A stretch of 64,000 nt of DNA from Alphaproteobacteria bacterium (GCA_050485485.1 JBJHBM010000001.1:182343-246342); one strand, 5' to 3'; positions 39,577 to 49,953 are shown, numbered from the stretch's first letter. The notes: a model not told the origin generated them from the sequence alone. Made by a program: numbers and translations.

Positions 39577-40820
39577 GACGTAGCCCCGGTGCCGGCGAGT
39601 TCTTCCTCGGCGCGGGGGAAGCGCTCCGCGAACAGCCGCGCCGAATAGTCGCGCAGCCGCGGGGCGACGTGGCGGGCGAAGCGCTCCATCGAGGCGCGGG
39701 TGACGTCGTCCGCCATGTTGCCGAGGTGGAACTGGATCAGCAGGTTGCCGACGTCGGTGCGTTCGACCAGCTCCTCGAGCCGGCGCGCCACCGTCTCGGG
39801 GCCGCCGATGATGATCGAGTTCATGCCCTCGAGCTCCTCCCAGCTTTCGGCGTCGCCCAGCAGCTTGCGGCCCGGCTTCGAGGTCTCGAGGTACTGGCGC
39901 CAGGCGCGGGTCGGGATATAAGGCACGCCCGGGCCGAAGGTGAGCTGGCGGCCCTCGGTGCGGAGATGCCCCTTGAGGCAGTTTTTGAGGAAGTACCAGA
40001 CGCCTTCTTCGCATTCGGCGCGCGCGGCGGCGTCGGTCTCGCCCACGAACACCGAGAGGAGTATCCCCATGCGGAACGGGTGGTAGCTGCGGCCGTGCTG
40101 CTCCAGCACCTCCGTGAACCGGTTCTTGGCGCGTCCGGTGGCGGAGCCGTGGCTGCGCGAGGACAGGAAGTAGCAGTAGCCGCGCCTGGCGCATTCGATC
40201 AGGGTGCCCGGACTGCGCGAGCCCGGCACCCAGACCGGCGGATGGGGCTTCTGCAGGGGCCTGGGCCAGGGGTTGACGTAGCGTAGCGGGAAGTGGCGGC
40301 CCTCGTGGGCGAACGGGCCGTCCTCGGTCCAGGCGCGCACGATCAGGTCGAGCGCCTCCCAGAACATGGTGCGCGACTTGGCGGAAGGCACGTCGTAGTT
40401 GAAGGTCTCGGGGCCGCCGCCCGGCGCGAAGCCCGCGATCAGCCGCCCGTCCGACATCATGTCGAGCATCGCGTATTCTTCGGCCACCCGAAGGGGATTT
40501 AGATGCAACGGAAGAAGATTTCCGAGGACCACGATACGGCCGCGTTTGGTGACCTGGGTGAGGGCGGCGGCGATCAGGTTGGGGGAGGCGCCGAGGCCGT
40601 AGACGTTCTGGTGGTGCTCGTTGAGCACGAAACCGTCGAAGCCGAGGCGGTCGGCGAACGCCAGCTGGTCGATGTATTCCTGGTAAAGGCCGCGCGATTT
40701 TTCCGCGTCCCACAAGCGGTTAGGGACCGTCACCCAGCCCGAATCGTAGGTCGCGTCGAAGTCGGGCGGCAGGTGCGGATAGGCGAGGAAGTGCCAGCAG
40801 TAGAGCTGGGCCGGGGTCAT
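39573..40820 (-). CDS. LLM-class (luciferase-like) flavin-dependent oxidoreductase
   Basis: 415 aa with LNEHHQ and a luciferase-like TIM-barrel pattern. Its stop overlaps the hydrolase start (ATGA). Confidence 0.8.
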   Translation of the reverse strand: MTPAQLYCWHFLAYPHLPPDFDATYDSGWVTVPNRLWDAEKSRGLYQEYIDQLAFADRLGFDGFVLNEHHQNVYGLGASPNLIAAALTQVTKRGRIVVLGNLLPLHLNPLRVAEEYAMLDMMSDGRLIAGFAPGGGPETFNYDVPSAKSRTMFWEALDLIVRAWTEDGPFAHEGRHFPLRYVNPWPRPLQKPHPPVWVPGSRSPGTLIECARRGYCYFLSSRSHGSATGRAKNRFTEVLEQHGRSYHPFRMGILLSVFVGETDAAARAECEEGVWYFLKNCLKGHLRTEGRQLTFGPGVPYIPTRAWRQYLETSKPGRKLLGDAESWEELEGMNSIIIGGPETVARRLEELVERTDVGNLLIQFHLGNMADDVTRASMERFARHVAPRLRDYSARLFAERFPRAEEELAGTGATS

Positions 40821-41076
40821 GGACGCGCTTCCCTAAATTCTTGTCGGTCGTGTTGAAACCACGCTTATCACCCGTCAAAACCCGCGACAAGGCGCGCGCG
40901 GCCCGGTGCAAGGGGGCGCCGGATCGTTAACCCGCCTTTACCAATTTCCGGATTTAAATTAATAGTGGACCCGCGCCCGCCGCGTTCGCGGGACGTCCCG
41001 CGACCGGCCCTGCCGGAGCGGGCCGCGCGCGAGGGGGACCGCGCAGGCGGGGGACGTGCCAGGGGTGGAGGATGCG

Positions 41077-42261
41077 ATGAACCAAGGCGCCAGGACCGGG
41101 AAGCCGATTCGCCGGGCCGTGAGGGTGGTTGCCGTGCTGGCCTGTGCAGGGTTGGCGGCGGGCTGCTCTTCCACGCCCGACTGGGCCAATCCGGTGGAAT
41201 GGTATCGGGGCGCGGTCGGCTGGTTCGACAGCAGCGAGCCGAGCGAGGCCGACCGGGCGCGCGAGCGCGCCCGCGCCGAGCGCAAGACCAGCGCCGGCAC
41301 CGGCGAGCCCTATCCGAGCCTCGCCACCGTGCCCGAGCGCCCGGCCGAACTCGGCACCCAGCGCGAGCAGGTCCAGCAGGGGCTCGCCGCCGACCGCGCG
41401 CGGGCCCGCTACGACCAGGCCAATCCGGCCGCCGCGCGGACCCCGTCCCCGGCGACCGCTCCCGCCATGACGGCGCCGACGGGCGCCCCGCCGCCGCCTC
41501 CGCCCCCTCCCGCGGCCGGGGGCGCGCAAGGCGGCACCGCGCCGAAGACCCCGATCTCGGCGCCCATCCCCCAGAGTCAGCCCCAGCCCCGGCCCCAGCA
41601 GACGGCCTCGGTGGCTGCCCCGCCGCCCCGTGCACCCGCGCCCCAGGCGGCCGCACAACCGCCGTCCGACGCCGACGGGGTGCGCGCCGCCTTCGAGGCC
41701 GCCCTCAGCCAGTCGGCCGCGACCGTGACCACCGCGCCCGCCGGCCTGCGCGACATGAACCATTCCCCGGTGCTGTCGCCGCCCGTGCGCGTCGTCGCCC
41801 CGGTGCCGCCGCCGGTCACGGCCCCCCAGGCCGGCGTGAAGGGGGCCGGCGTGAGCCCGTTCGACGCCGACACTGCGGGCGCCCAGGTCGCGATGATCCC
41901 GCCCGGGCGTGCGCCGTACGCTGTCGTGTACTTCGCCAATGCTTCATCCGAGATCTCCGGACAGGCCCGCAACGATCTGGAAAAAATAGCGAATCTCCAC
42001 AAGGAGAGGGGCGGGACCGTGCATGTGGTCGGGCACGCCTCGAGCCGCACCCGTAACACCGACCAGGTCAGCCACCAGATCGCGAACTTCCGGGTCTCCC
42101 TGGAGCGCGCCAACGCGGTGGCGGCGGCGCTCGCACGCCTCGGCGTGCCGGCCGACCGGATCGCGGTGAGCGCGCGCGCCGACAACGAGCCGGTCTATTA
42201 CGAGGTCATGCCGGCGGGCGAGGCCGGCAACCGCCGCGCCGAGATTTTCCTCGATTATTAG
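41077..42261 (+). CDS. OmpA-family lipoprotein with long Pro/Ala-rich linker
   Basis: Lipobox LAAGC, a roughly 200-aa Pro/Ala/Gln-rich region, and a C-terminal OmpA-like peptidoglycan-binding domain (NFRVSLERANAV...NRRAEIFLDY). Confidence 0.85.
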   Translation: MNQGARTGKPIRRAVRVVAVLACAGLAAGCSSTPDWANPVEWYRGAVGWFDSSEPSEADRARERARAERKTSAGTGEPYPSLATVPERPAELGTQREQVQQGLAADRARARYDQANPAAARTPSPATAPAMTAPTGAPPPPPPPPAAGGAQGGTAPKTPISAPIPQSQPQPRPQQTASVAAPPPRAPAPQAAAQPPSDADGVRAAFEAALSQSAATVTTAPAGLRDMNHSPVLSPPVRVVAPVPPPVTAPQAGVKGAGVSPFDADTAGAQVAMIPPGRAPYAVVYFANASSEISGQARNDLEKIANLHKERGGTVHVVGHASSRTRNTDQVSHQIANFRVSLERANAVAAALARLGVPADRIAVSARADNEPVYYEVMPAGEAGNRRAEIFLDY

Positions 42262-42334
42262 GCCGCATCGGCGCTAAATCATCGGCCTCGCGCGGAGGCC
42301 GCAATCGGGCGGCGGCGCGTCCGGGACCAGGGTC

Positions 42335-43560
<1,226 letters not shown>

Positions 43561-43561
<1 letters not shown>

Positions 43562-44853
43562 TGCCCGAACCTCTCAAAATCGCCGTCGCGGGACTCGGAA
43601 CGGTCGGTGCGGCGACGGCCCGGCTGCTCGCGGAGCAGGCCTCCCTGCTGGAACTGCGCGCGGGGCGGCCGATCCGCGTGGTGGCGGTAGCCGCGCGCGA
43701 CCGTGCCCGCGACCGCGGCATCGACCTTGCCGGCATCGAATGGGTGGAGGACGCCGCCCGCCTCGCCACCGCCCCCGGCATCGACGTGGTGGTGGAACTG
43801 ATCGGCGGCTCCGAAGGCGTCGCCCGCGACCTCGTGGCGGGCGCGCTCGCCGCCGGCCGTCCCGTCGTCACCGCCAACAAGGCGCTGCTCGCGCACCACG
43901 GCACCGAGCTCGCCCGGCTCGCGGAGGCGAACGGCGCCGCACTCCATTTCGAGGCGGCGGTGGCGGGCGGCATCCCGATCGTGAAGGCACTGCGCGAGGG
44001 GCTCGCCGCCAACCGCATCGAGCGCGTCTACGGCATCCTCAACGGCACCTGCAACTACATCCTCACCACCATGCGCGCCACCGGACGCGACTTCACCTCG
44101 GTGTTGCGCGAGGCGCAGAAGCTCGGCTACGCCGAGGCCGACCCGTCGTTCGACGTGGACGGCATCGACACCGCCCACAAGCTCGCGATCCTGACCTCGC
44201 TCGCGTTCGGCTGCGAAGTGGATTTCGCGGCGGTCCATACCGAGGGCATCCGCCGCGTCACCGCCGACGACATCCGCTTCGCCGAGGAACTGGGCTACCG
44301 CGTCAAGCTGCTCGGCATCGCGCGCCGCACCGAGCACGGGATCGAGCAGCGCGTCCATCCCTGCCTGGTGCCCGAATCGGCCCCCATCGCCCACGTCCCG
44401 GGCGCCTTCAACGCGGTGGTGGCGGACGGCGACCACGTCGGCCCCACCATCTACGAGGGGCGCGGCGCGGGCGGCGGGCCGACCGCCTCGGCCGTGGTGG
44501 CGGACCTCGTGGACATCGCGCGCGGCCAGCGCGTCCCGACCTTCGCCATCGCCGCCGACCGGCTGGAGACGGCGCGCCCGTCGCCGATCCGTAACCACCG
44601 CGGCGCCTATTACATCTGCCTCACGGTGCGCGACGTGCCGGGCGTCATGGCGGACGTGACCGCGACCTTCCGCGACGAGCAGATCTCGCTCGATTCGATG
44701 CTGCAGCGCGGCCGCGCCCCGGGCGAGCCGGTGCCGGTGGTGCTCGAGACCCACGAGTGCGAGGAGGCCGCCATGGCGCGTGCCCTCAGGAAAATCGCGG
44801 GCTTTGACACGATGCTCAAGCCGCCGCGCATGATCCGCATCGAAGCCTTTTAA
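43561..44853 (+). CDS. hom: Homoserine dehydrogenase
   Basis: VAGLGTVG Rossmann motif, NGTCNYIL, and a C-terminal ACT domain. The ATG overlaps the upstream stop by 1 nt. Confidence 0.93.
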
Positions 44854-44879
44854 CGCCCCCGTCAAAATGTCTCTATAAT
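44850..44879 (+). promoter_or_regulatory. Putative sigma70-type promoter of glpX
   Basis: Perfect -10 TATAAT at 44874-44879, with TTAACG 18 nt upstream. About 85 nt upstream of the glpX ATG. Confidence 0.4.
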
Positions 44880-44965
44880 ACGGGCCCCGCCTGCGTGGCC
44901 CCGCGCGGCGAACCGATTTCACGGTTTTTCACCGTATTTTCAAGACACGAGAGCAGGAGTTCGGC

Positions 44966-45946
44966 ATGGCAGAGATAATGGATCGCAACCTCGCCCTGGA
45001 GGCGGTGCGCGTGACGGAAGCGGCGGCACTGTCGGCGTCGCGCCTGATGGGGCGCGGAGACGAGAAGGCGGCGGACCAGGCGGCGGTCGATGCCATGCGC
45101 AACGCCCTCAACAGCCTCGAGATCGAAGGCACCGTCGTGATCGGGGAGGGCGAGCGCGACGAGGCGCCGATGCTCTACATCGGCGAGAAGGTCGGCAAGG
45201 GCGGCCCCAAGACCGACATCGCCCTGGACCCGCTGGAAGGCACCACCATCACCGCCAAGGGCGGCAACAACGCGCTTGCCGTGATCGCACTGGCGGAGGA
45301 GGGCGGCTTCCTCAACGCGCCCGACGTCTATATGGACAAGATCGCCGTCGGCAAGGACATCGGCCCCGGCGTGGTGGACCTCGACGAGACGCCGGAAAGG
45401 AACCTCAAGGCGCTGTCCAAGGCGCGCAAGAAGGACATCTCCGACCTGCTGGTGTGCATCCTCGACCGCCCGCGCCACGAGGAGCTGATCAAGCAGGTGC
45501 GCGCCGCCGGCGCGCGCATCATGCTGATCTCCGACGGCGACGTGTCGGGCGTGATCGCGACCTCGGAAGTGTCCTCGGGCGTGGACATGTACGTCGGCTC
45601 GGGCGGCGCGCCGGAGGGCGTGCTGGCGGCGGCCGCGCTGCGCTGCATCGGCGGCTTCATGCAGGGGCGCCTGTTGTTCCGCAACGACGACGAGAGGAAG
45701 CGCGCCGCCAAGTGGGGCATCAACGACCTCAACCGCAAGTACGAGCTCTTGGACCTCGCCAAGGGCAACGTCATGTTCGCGGCCACCGGCGTCACCGACG
45801 GTGCCATGCTCGACGGCGTGCGCCGCTACGCCCACGGCGCGACCACCCATTCCATCGTCATGCGCTCCAAGACCGGGACCGTGCGCCGGGTCCAGACCGA
45901 GCACAACTTCACCATCAAGTCCGGCTTCGGGCCGATGGACGCCTGA
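44966..45946 (+). CDS. glpX: Class II fructose-1,6-bisphosphatase
   Basis: RNLALEAVRVTEAAAL..., DPLEGTT and VGSGGAPEGVLAA motifs. 326 aa. Confidence 0.93.
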   Translation: MAEIMDRNLALEAVRVTEAAALSASRLMGRGDEKAADQAAVDAMRNALNSLEIEGTVVIGEGERDEAPMLYIGEKVGKGGPKTDIALDPLEGTTITAKGGNNALAVIALAEEGGFLNAPDVYMDKIAVGKDIGPGVVDLDETPERNLKALSKARKKDISDLLVCILDRPRHEELIKQVRAAGARIMLISDGDVSGVIATSEVSSGVDMYVGSGGAPEGVLAAAALRCIGGFMQGRLLFRNDDERKRAAKWGINDLNRKYELLDLAKGNVMFAATGVTDGAMLDGVRRYAHGATTHSIVMRSKTGTVRRVQTEHNFTIKSGFGPMDA

Positions 45947-45981
45947 GGGCCTCGGGGATGAGGGGCTGCATCGAGACTTGC

Positions 45982-46083
45982 TCACCCCCACCCCGACCCT
46001 CCTCCATAAAGGGGGAGGGAGCCCCTCGAAACGTGCCGTGCGTTCCCTCCCCACGCGTGGGGGAGGGACAGGGTGGGGGGTGA
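45982..46083. repeat. Nested palindromic GC-rich (REP-like) intergenic element
   Basis: Outer arms TCACCCCCACCCC / GGGTGGGGGGTGA (one-base bulge) enclose two hairpins with the same arm motif: CCCTCCTCC-ataaa-GGGGGAGGG, and TCCCTCCCC paired with GGGGAGGGA across an 8-nt loop (acgcgtgg). Confidence 0.7.
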
Positions 46084-47891
46084 TGGCGGCGTCGCACGGC
46101 TCGGGCCTCGGCGCGCTCTCGGTCGCGCGCTCGTTCTCCGGCCTCGCCTGGCGCCCCCGGCTCGCGGACGCGCGCGCGGCGCTGACGCTCGCCCAGCGCC
46201 TCGGCGTGCCCGAGGTGGTGGCGCGCGCGCTCGCCGGACGCGGCATCGGTCCCGACGAGGCCGAGGCCTTCCTCAACCCGGCGCTCCGCACACACCTGCC
46301 GGACCCGGACCATCTGCTCGACATGGAAAAGGCGGCGGCGCGCATCGCCGACGCGGTCGTGAACGGCGAGGGCGTCGCCGTGTTCGGCGACTACGACGTG
46401 GACGGCGCCACCTCGTCGGCGCTGCTCACGCGCTTTTTCCGCGCGCTCGGCGTGCCGCTCGCCGTCCATATCCCCGACCGCGTGAAGGAGGGCTACGGCC
46501 CCAACGCGCCCGCGCTCGCGGCGCTGGCGAAGCGCGGCGCGCGCGTCGTCGTGACGGTGGACTGCGGCATCTCCGCGTTCGACGCGCTGGAGGCCGCGCG
46601 CGGCATGGGCCTCGACGTGATCGTGGTGGACCACCACGTCGCGGAGGAGCGCCTGCCCGCCGCCCATGCCGTCGTCAATCCCAACCGCCTGGACGAGACC
46701 AGTCCGCACCGCCAGCTCGCCGCCGTGGGCGTCGCCTTCCTGCTGGTGGTGGCGGTCAACCGCGCGCTGCGGAAGCGCGGCCATTACCGCGGCGCGCGCG
46801 CGGAGCCCGACCTGCTGCAGTGGCTCGACATCGTGGCGCTCGGCACCGTCTGCGACCAGGTGCGGCTCACCGGGGTCAACCGCGCGCTGGTGGCGCAGGG
46901 CCTCAAGGTGATGGCGGGGCGCGCCAACGCCGGCCTCACGGCGCTCGGTGACGTCGCGCGCCTGACCGAGAAGCCGGAAGCCTGGCATCTCGGTTTCCTG
47001 CTGGGCCCGCGCATCAACGCGGGCGGGCGCGTGGGGCGCCCCGACCTCGGCGCGCGGCTGCTCGCCACCGACGACCCCGACGAGGCGCTGGCGCTCGCGC
47101 GCGAGCTCGACGCCTTCAACATGGAACGCCGCGAGATCGAGGCGGTGGTGCTGGAGGCGGCGCTGGCCCAGGCGGAGGAACGCCTCGCGGGCGGCGACCC
47201 GGCCGCCTGCCCGGTGCTGTTCGTCGCGGGGGAGGGCTGGCACCCCGGTGTCATCGGCATCGTGGCGTCGCGCGTGATCGAGCGCTACCGCTGCCCGGTA
47301 TGCGTGGCGGGGATCGAGGGCGGCATCGCCAAGGGCTCGGGCCGTTCGGTGCCGGGCATCGACCTCGGCGCGGCGGTGATCGCCGCGCGCCAGGCCGGGC
47401 TGCTGGTGAACGGCGGCGGCCATGCCATGGCGGCGGGCTTCACGGTGGACTGCGCGCGCCTCGACGAGCTGGCCGCGTTCCTCGCCGCGCGCATCGCGCG
47501 CCAGAAGGCCGACGCGGGGGAGGAGCTGGGCCGCACGCTCTACCTCGACGGCGCGCTCGCCGCGCGTGGGGCGACCCCGGACATCGTGCGGAGCCTCGCG
47601 GCGCTCGCGCCCTTCGGCCAGGGCAACGCGGAGCCGCGCTTCGTATTGCCGGGCCTGCGCATCGGCAAGGCCGACGTGGTGGGGGAGAACCACGTGCGCC
47701 TGTTCGCGGCCGGCGGCGACGGCGCGCGCATCAAGGCCATCGCGTTTCGCGCCGCTGACAAACCGCTCGGCCGGGCGTTACTCGATTCGGGCGGGATCGC
47801 GCTGCACCTCGCGGGCAAGCTCCGCGCCGACAACTGGATGGGCCGCGACGAGGTGCAGCTGCTGGTGGACGACGCAGCCCCCGCCGCCTGA
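46083..47891 (+). CDS. recJ: Single-stranded-DNA-specific exonuclease RecJ
   Basis: DHH-family motifs VFGDYDVDGATS, VTVDCG and VVDHH, plus a DHHA1 GGHAMAAG motif. ATG 46083 is chosen at the end of the repeat element. Confidence 0.9.
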   Translation: MAASHGSGLGALSVARSFSGLAWRPRLADARAALTLAQRLGVPEVVARALAGRGIGPDEAEAFLNPALRTHLPDPDHLLDMEKAAARIADAVVNGEGVAVFGDYDVDGATSSALLTRFFRALGVPLAVHIPDRVKEGYGPNAPALAALAKRGARVVVTVDCGISAFDALEAARGMGLDVIVVDHHVAEERLPAAHAVVNPNRLDETSPHRQLAAVGVAFLLVVAVNRALRKRGHYRGARAEPDLLQWLDIVALGTVCDQVRLTGVNRALVAQGLKVMAGRANAGLTALGDVARLTEKPEAWHLGFLLGPRINAGGRVGRPDLGARLLATDDPDEALALARELDAFNMERREIEAVVLEAALAQAEERLAGGDPAACPVLFVAGEGWHPGVIGIVASRVIERYRCPVCVAGIEGGIAKGSGRSVPGIDLGAAVIAARQAGLLVNGGGHAMAAGFTVDCARLDELAAFLAARIARQKADAGEELGRTLYLDGALAARGATPDIVRSLAALAPFGQGNAEPRFVLPGLRIGKADVVGENHVRLFAAGGDGARIKAIAFRAADKPLGRALLDSGGIALHLAGKLRADNWMGRDEVQLLVDDAAPAA

Positions 47892-47942
47892 GAGCCCGGC
47901 AGGATCCCTGCCGGGCGTCGTCCCGGACAGGAGGATGCAATC

Positions 47943-48572
47943 ATGCTGACGCTCTACCACGCGCCGATGTCCCGTTCCTCCCGCATCGTCTGGCTGCTCG
48001 AGGAGCTGGGCTGCGATTACCGCACCAGGGCCGTCTCCATCCGCCGCCGCGACCCGGAAGCGCCGCCCGCGCCCGGCGCGCCGATGACCGGCGCGCGCGA
48101 CCCCGCGAATCGCCATCCGCACGGCAAGGTGCCGGCGCTCGATCACGACGGGACGATGGTGTACGAATCGGCGGCCGTGGTGCTCTACCTGACCGACCTG
48201 TTCCCGGAAAAGGGCTTCGGCCCCGCCGTGGGGGAGCCGCAGCGCGGGGACTATCTTTCGTGGCTCGCCTATTACGCGGGGGTGTTCGAGCCGGCCTTCA
48301 CCACCGCGGTTCTCGGCTTCGACGAGACCGACAGCACGACGGGCTGGGCGCCGATCGGGGAGGTGATGGCGCATGTCGGCGGCGCGCTCGACCGGGGCCC
48401 CTATATGCTGGGCGACGCCTTTTCCGGTGCCGATATCCTCTACGGCAGCACCTTCGCCCTGTTCATGGGCAGCCCGCTGGTGCCGCGCACGGACGCGCTC
48501 GCGGCCTATGTCGCGCGCCTCACCGCGCGCCCGGCCTACCGGCGCGCGGCGGAGCGGGACGACGCGCCCTGA
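47943..48572 (+). CDS. Glutathione S-transferase family protein
   Basis: N-terminal thioredoxin-like MLTLYHAPMSRSSRIVWLLEELG...KVPAL...ESAAV, followed by a helical C-terminal domain. Confidence 0.8.
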   Translation: MLTLYHAPMSRSSRIVWLLEELGCDYRTRAVSIRRRDPEAPPAPGAPMTGARDPANRHPHGKVPALDHDGTMVYESAAVVLYLTDLFPEKGFGPAVGEPQRGDYLSWLAYYAGVFEPAFTTAVLGFDETDSTTGWAPIGEVMAHVGGALDRGPYMLGDAFSGADILYGSTFALFMGSPLVPRTDALAAYVARLTARPAYRRAAERDDAP

Positions 48573-48578
48573 ATTCCC

Positions 48579-48607
48579 TTGATTTCCGCGCCGTACCCTT
48601 CTAAACG
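48579..48607 (+). promoter_or_regulatory. Putative sigma70-type promoter of tRNA-Glu
   Basis: TTGATT, 17 nt spacer, TAAACG, about 30 nt upstream of the tRNA 5' end. Confidence 0.35.
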
Positions 48608-48639
48608 AGGCCGTTTCCCGGCCCGGCCGCGCCGCCGCC

Positions 48640-48715
48640 GACCCCATCGTCTAGAGGCCTAGGACACCACCCTTTCAAGGTGGTAACACGGGTTCGAATC
48701 CCGTTGGGGTCGCCA
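48640..48715 (+). tRNA. tRNA-Glu (anticodon TTC)
   Basis: Hand-folded cloverleaf: acceptor GACCCCA/TGGGGTC, D arm GTCTAGAGGCCTAGGAC, anticodon stem CCACC/GGTGG with loop CTTTCAA, T arm ACGGG-TTCGAAT-CCCGT, encoded CCA. Confidence 0.93.
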
Positions 48716-48854
48716 GCTTTAGCGCCGGCTGGGGGGCCTCGCCTGTCTCGGTTCGTCCCGGATTGTCCCGCTTTCACGATTCGTGTACATCCCAAGTGTA
48801 CAGGTTCGCAGGGATGCATATATCCGTAAGGAACTTGGCGAAAGGGAGCATCCT

Positions 48855-49103
48855 ATGGCTGGCAATATCATCGTCGTGAAAGCATCACGCGACATGGATG
48901 CAGGCGTCTGGTTCGTCGAGACCTGCGACGTGCCGGGCCTGAACCTCGAGGCGGAAACCCTCGAGGAGCTCGTTGAGAAACTGCCTGGCGCCATTCTCGA
49001 CCTTCTGGGCAAGGATGGTTTCGGTGGCAATGACCAGTTCGATGTGCCGGTCGAGCTTGTCGCCCATGCCAGCACCCGTATCCTGCGCATGGCCACTGTA
49101 TGA
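48855..49103 (+). CDS. DUF1902 (HicB-like antitoxin fold) domain protein, no partner toxin
   Basis: ATG 48855 follows GGGAG. 82 aa. DAGVWFVETCDVPGLNLEAETLEELVEKLP matches the DUF1902/HicB N-terminal pattern. GC is lower than the surroundings. Confidence 0.65.
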   Translation: MAGNIIVVKASRDMDAGVWFVETCDVPGLNLEAETLEELVEKLPGAILDLLGKDGFGGNDQFDVPVELVAHASTRILRMATV

Positions 49104-49178
49104 GGAACGCACTGCCTCCGGCTCGCTGACTGGCCCAGGTCCATTGACCTGATTCCGCGTTCCGTTCCCGGCACAATG

Positions 49179-49202
49179 GCCCCGCCCCGGCGGGGCTTTT
49201 TT
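49179..49202 (+). terminator. Intrinsic terminator after the DUF1902 gene
   Basis: GCCCCGCC..GGCGGGGC stem followed by TTTTTT. Confidence 0.7.
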
Positions 49203-49336
49203 CCACCTCTTCGGATGGTGTCAGATTTCAGGCCCTTGGACTGTTTCTCGTCCTTCTTCCTCGACATATAGAACTTTATGGTGGAAAATTTCCCAACAGT
49301 ACTCGCAAAGGGCGAGTAGCTTGAGGGGGATAGCAT

Positions 49337-49798
49337 ATGAAAAAATTGGGGATGGTGGCCGCTTGTGCGGGCCTCCTGTTTTTGGGTGCGTGTTCGTCAA
49401 TCGTGGAAGGGACTTCGCAGGAAGTCGTCATCAATACGAATCCTGCCGGTGCGAGTTGCAATCTGGTCAGGGAAGGTATTTCCATCGCACGGGTCACGCC
49501 GACACCGGGTGCCGCGACAATCAGAAAAACCAAGCATGACCTCGTCATTGAATGCGAGATGGACGGCTTTCACAAAGCCACCTACTTCAACAAGTCCGAT
49601 GCCGCAGGCGCAACCTTCGGAAACATCATCCTGGGAGGGGGCATCGGCTGGGCGATAGATTCCGCTTCGGGCGCCGACAACAAATACACAAGCCCGGTCA
49701 ATATCACGCTTGTTCCCAGCTCGGCGCCGGCACCGGCCCCTATCTACTCGTCGCCCGAACCACAAAAAGAAGCATCGAGCGAAGAACCGCGTTCCTGA
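49337..49798 (+). CDS. Lipoprotein of unknown function (PEGA-like N-terminal domain pattern)
   Basis: SD GAGGGGGA. Signal with lipobox MKKLGMVAACAGLLFLGAC. VVINTNPAGASCNL...G resembles a PEGA-type domain. Gly-rich GNIILGGGIGWAIDS. Lower GC. Confidence 0.7.
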   Translation: MKKLGMVAACAGLLFLGACSSIVEGTSQEVVINTNPAGASCNLVREGISIARVTPTPGAATIRKTKHDLVIECEMDGFHKATYFNKSDAAGATFGNIILGGGIGWAIDSASGADNKYTSPVNITLVPSSAPAPAPIYSSPEPQKEASSEEPRS

Positions 49799-49818
49799 TA
49801 AATGCCCCTTGGAATTCC

Positions 49819-49847
49819 AGCCCCGCTTCGGCGGGGCTTTTCTTTTG
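49819..49847 (+). terminator. Intrinsic terminator after the lipoprotein gene
   Basis: AGCCCCGC-ttcg-GCGGGGCT followed by TTTCTTTT. Confidence 0.75.
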
Positions 49848-49953
49848 GGTTGTAGGCCTTCGAATAAAGGCCATAATGGTTGCAAAATATGCATATCCCG
49901 TACATCAGAACGGGATGGCGAAGAGAAGAGGGGTGTAACGGGGAGGCGGAACG

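Noticed and set aside
48716-49336. Search for a HicA-type toxin partner of the DUF1902 gene, including the 205-aa minus ORF 48719..49336 and a 31-aa ORF through the terminator
   Set aside because: No ORF has HicA-like sequence (no dsRBD-like KGSHH-type core). The candidates run through the terminator hairpin or antisense to the DUF1902 gene, and they lack SDs.
49869-49896. dif-like half site GGCCATAATGG at the right edge of the tRNA-Glu islet, as a possible IMEX/Xer attachment remnant
   Set aside because: Only about 5-6 bases of the XerC-arm core match. There is no central TGTATA and no XerD arm. This is well within chance.
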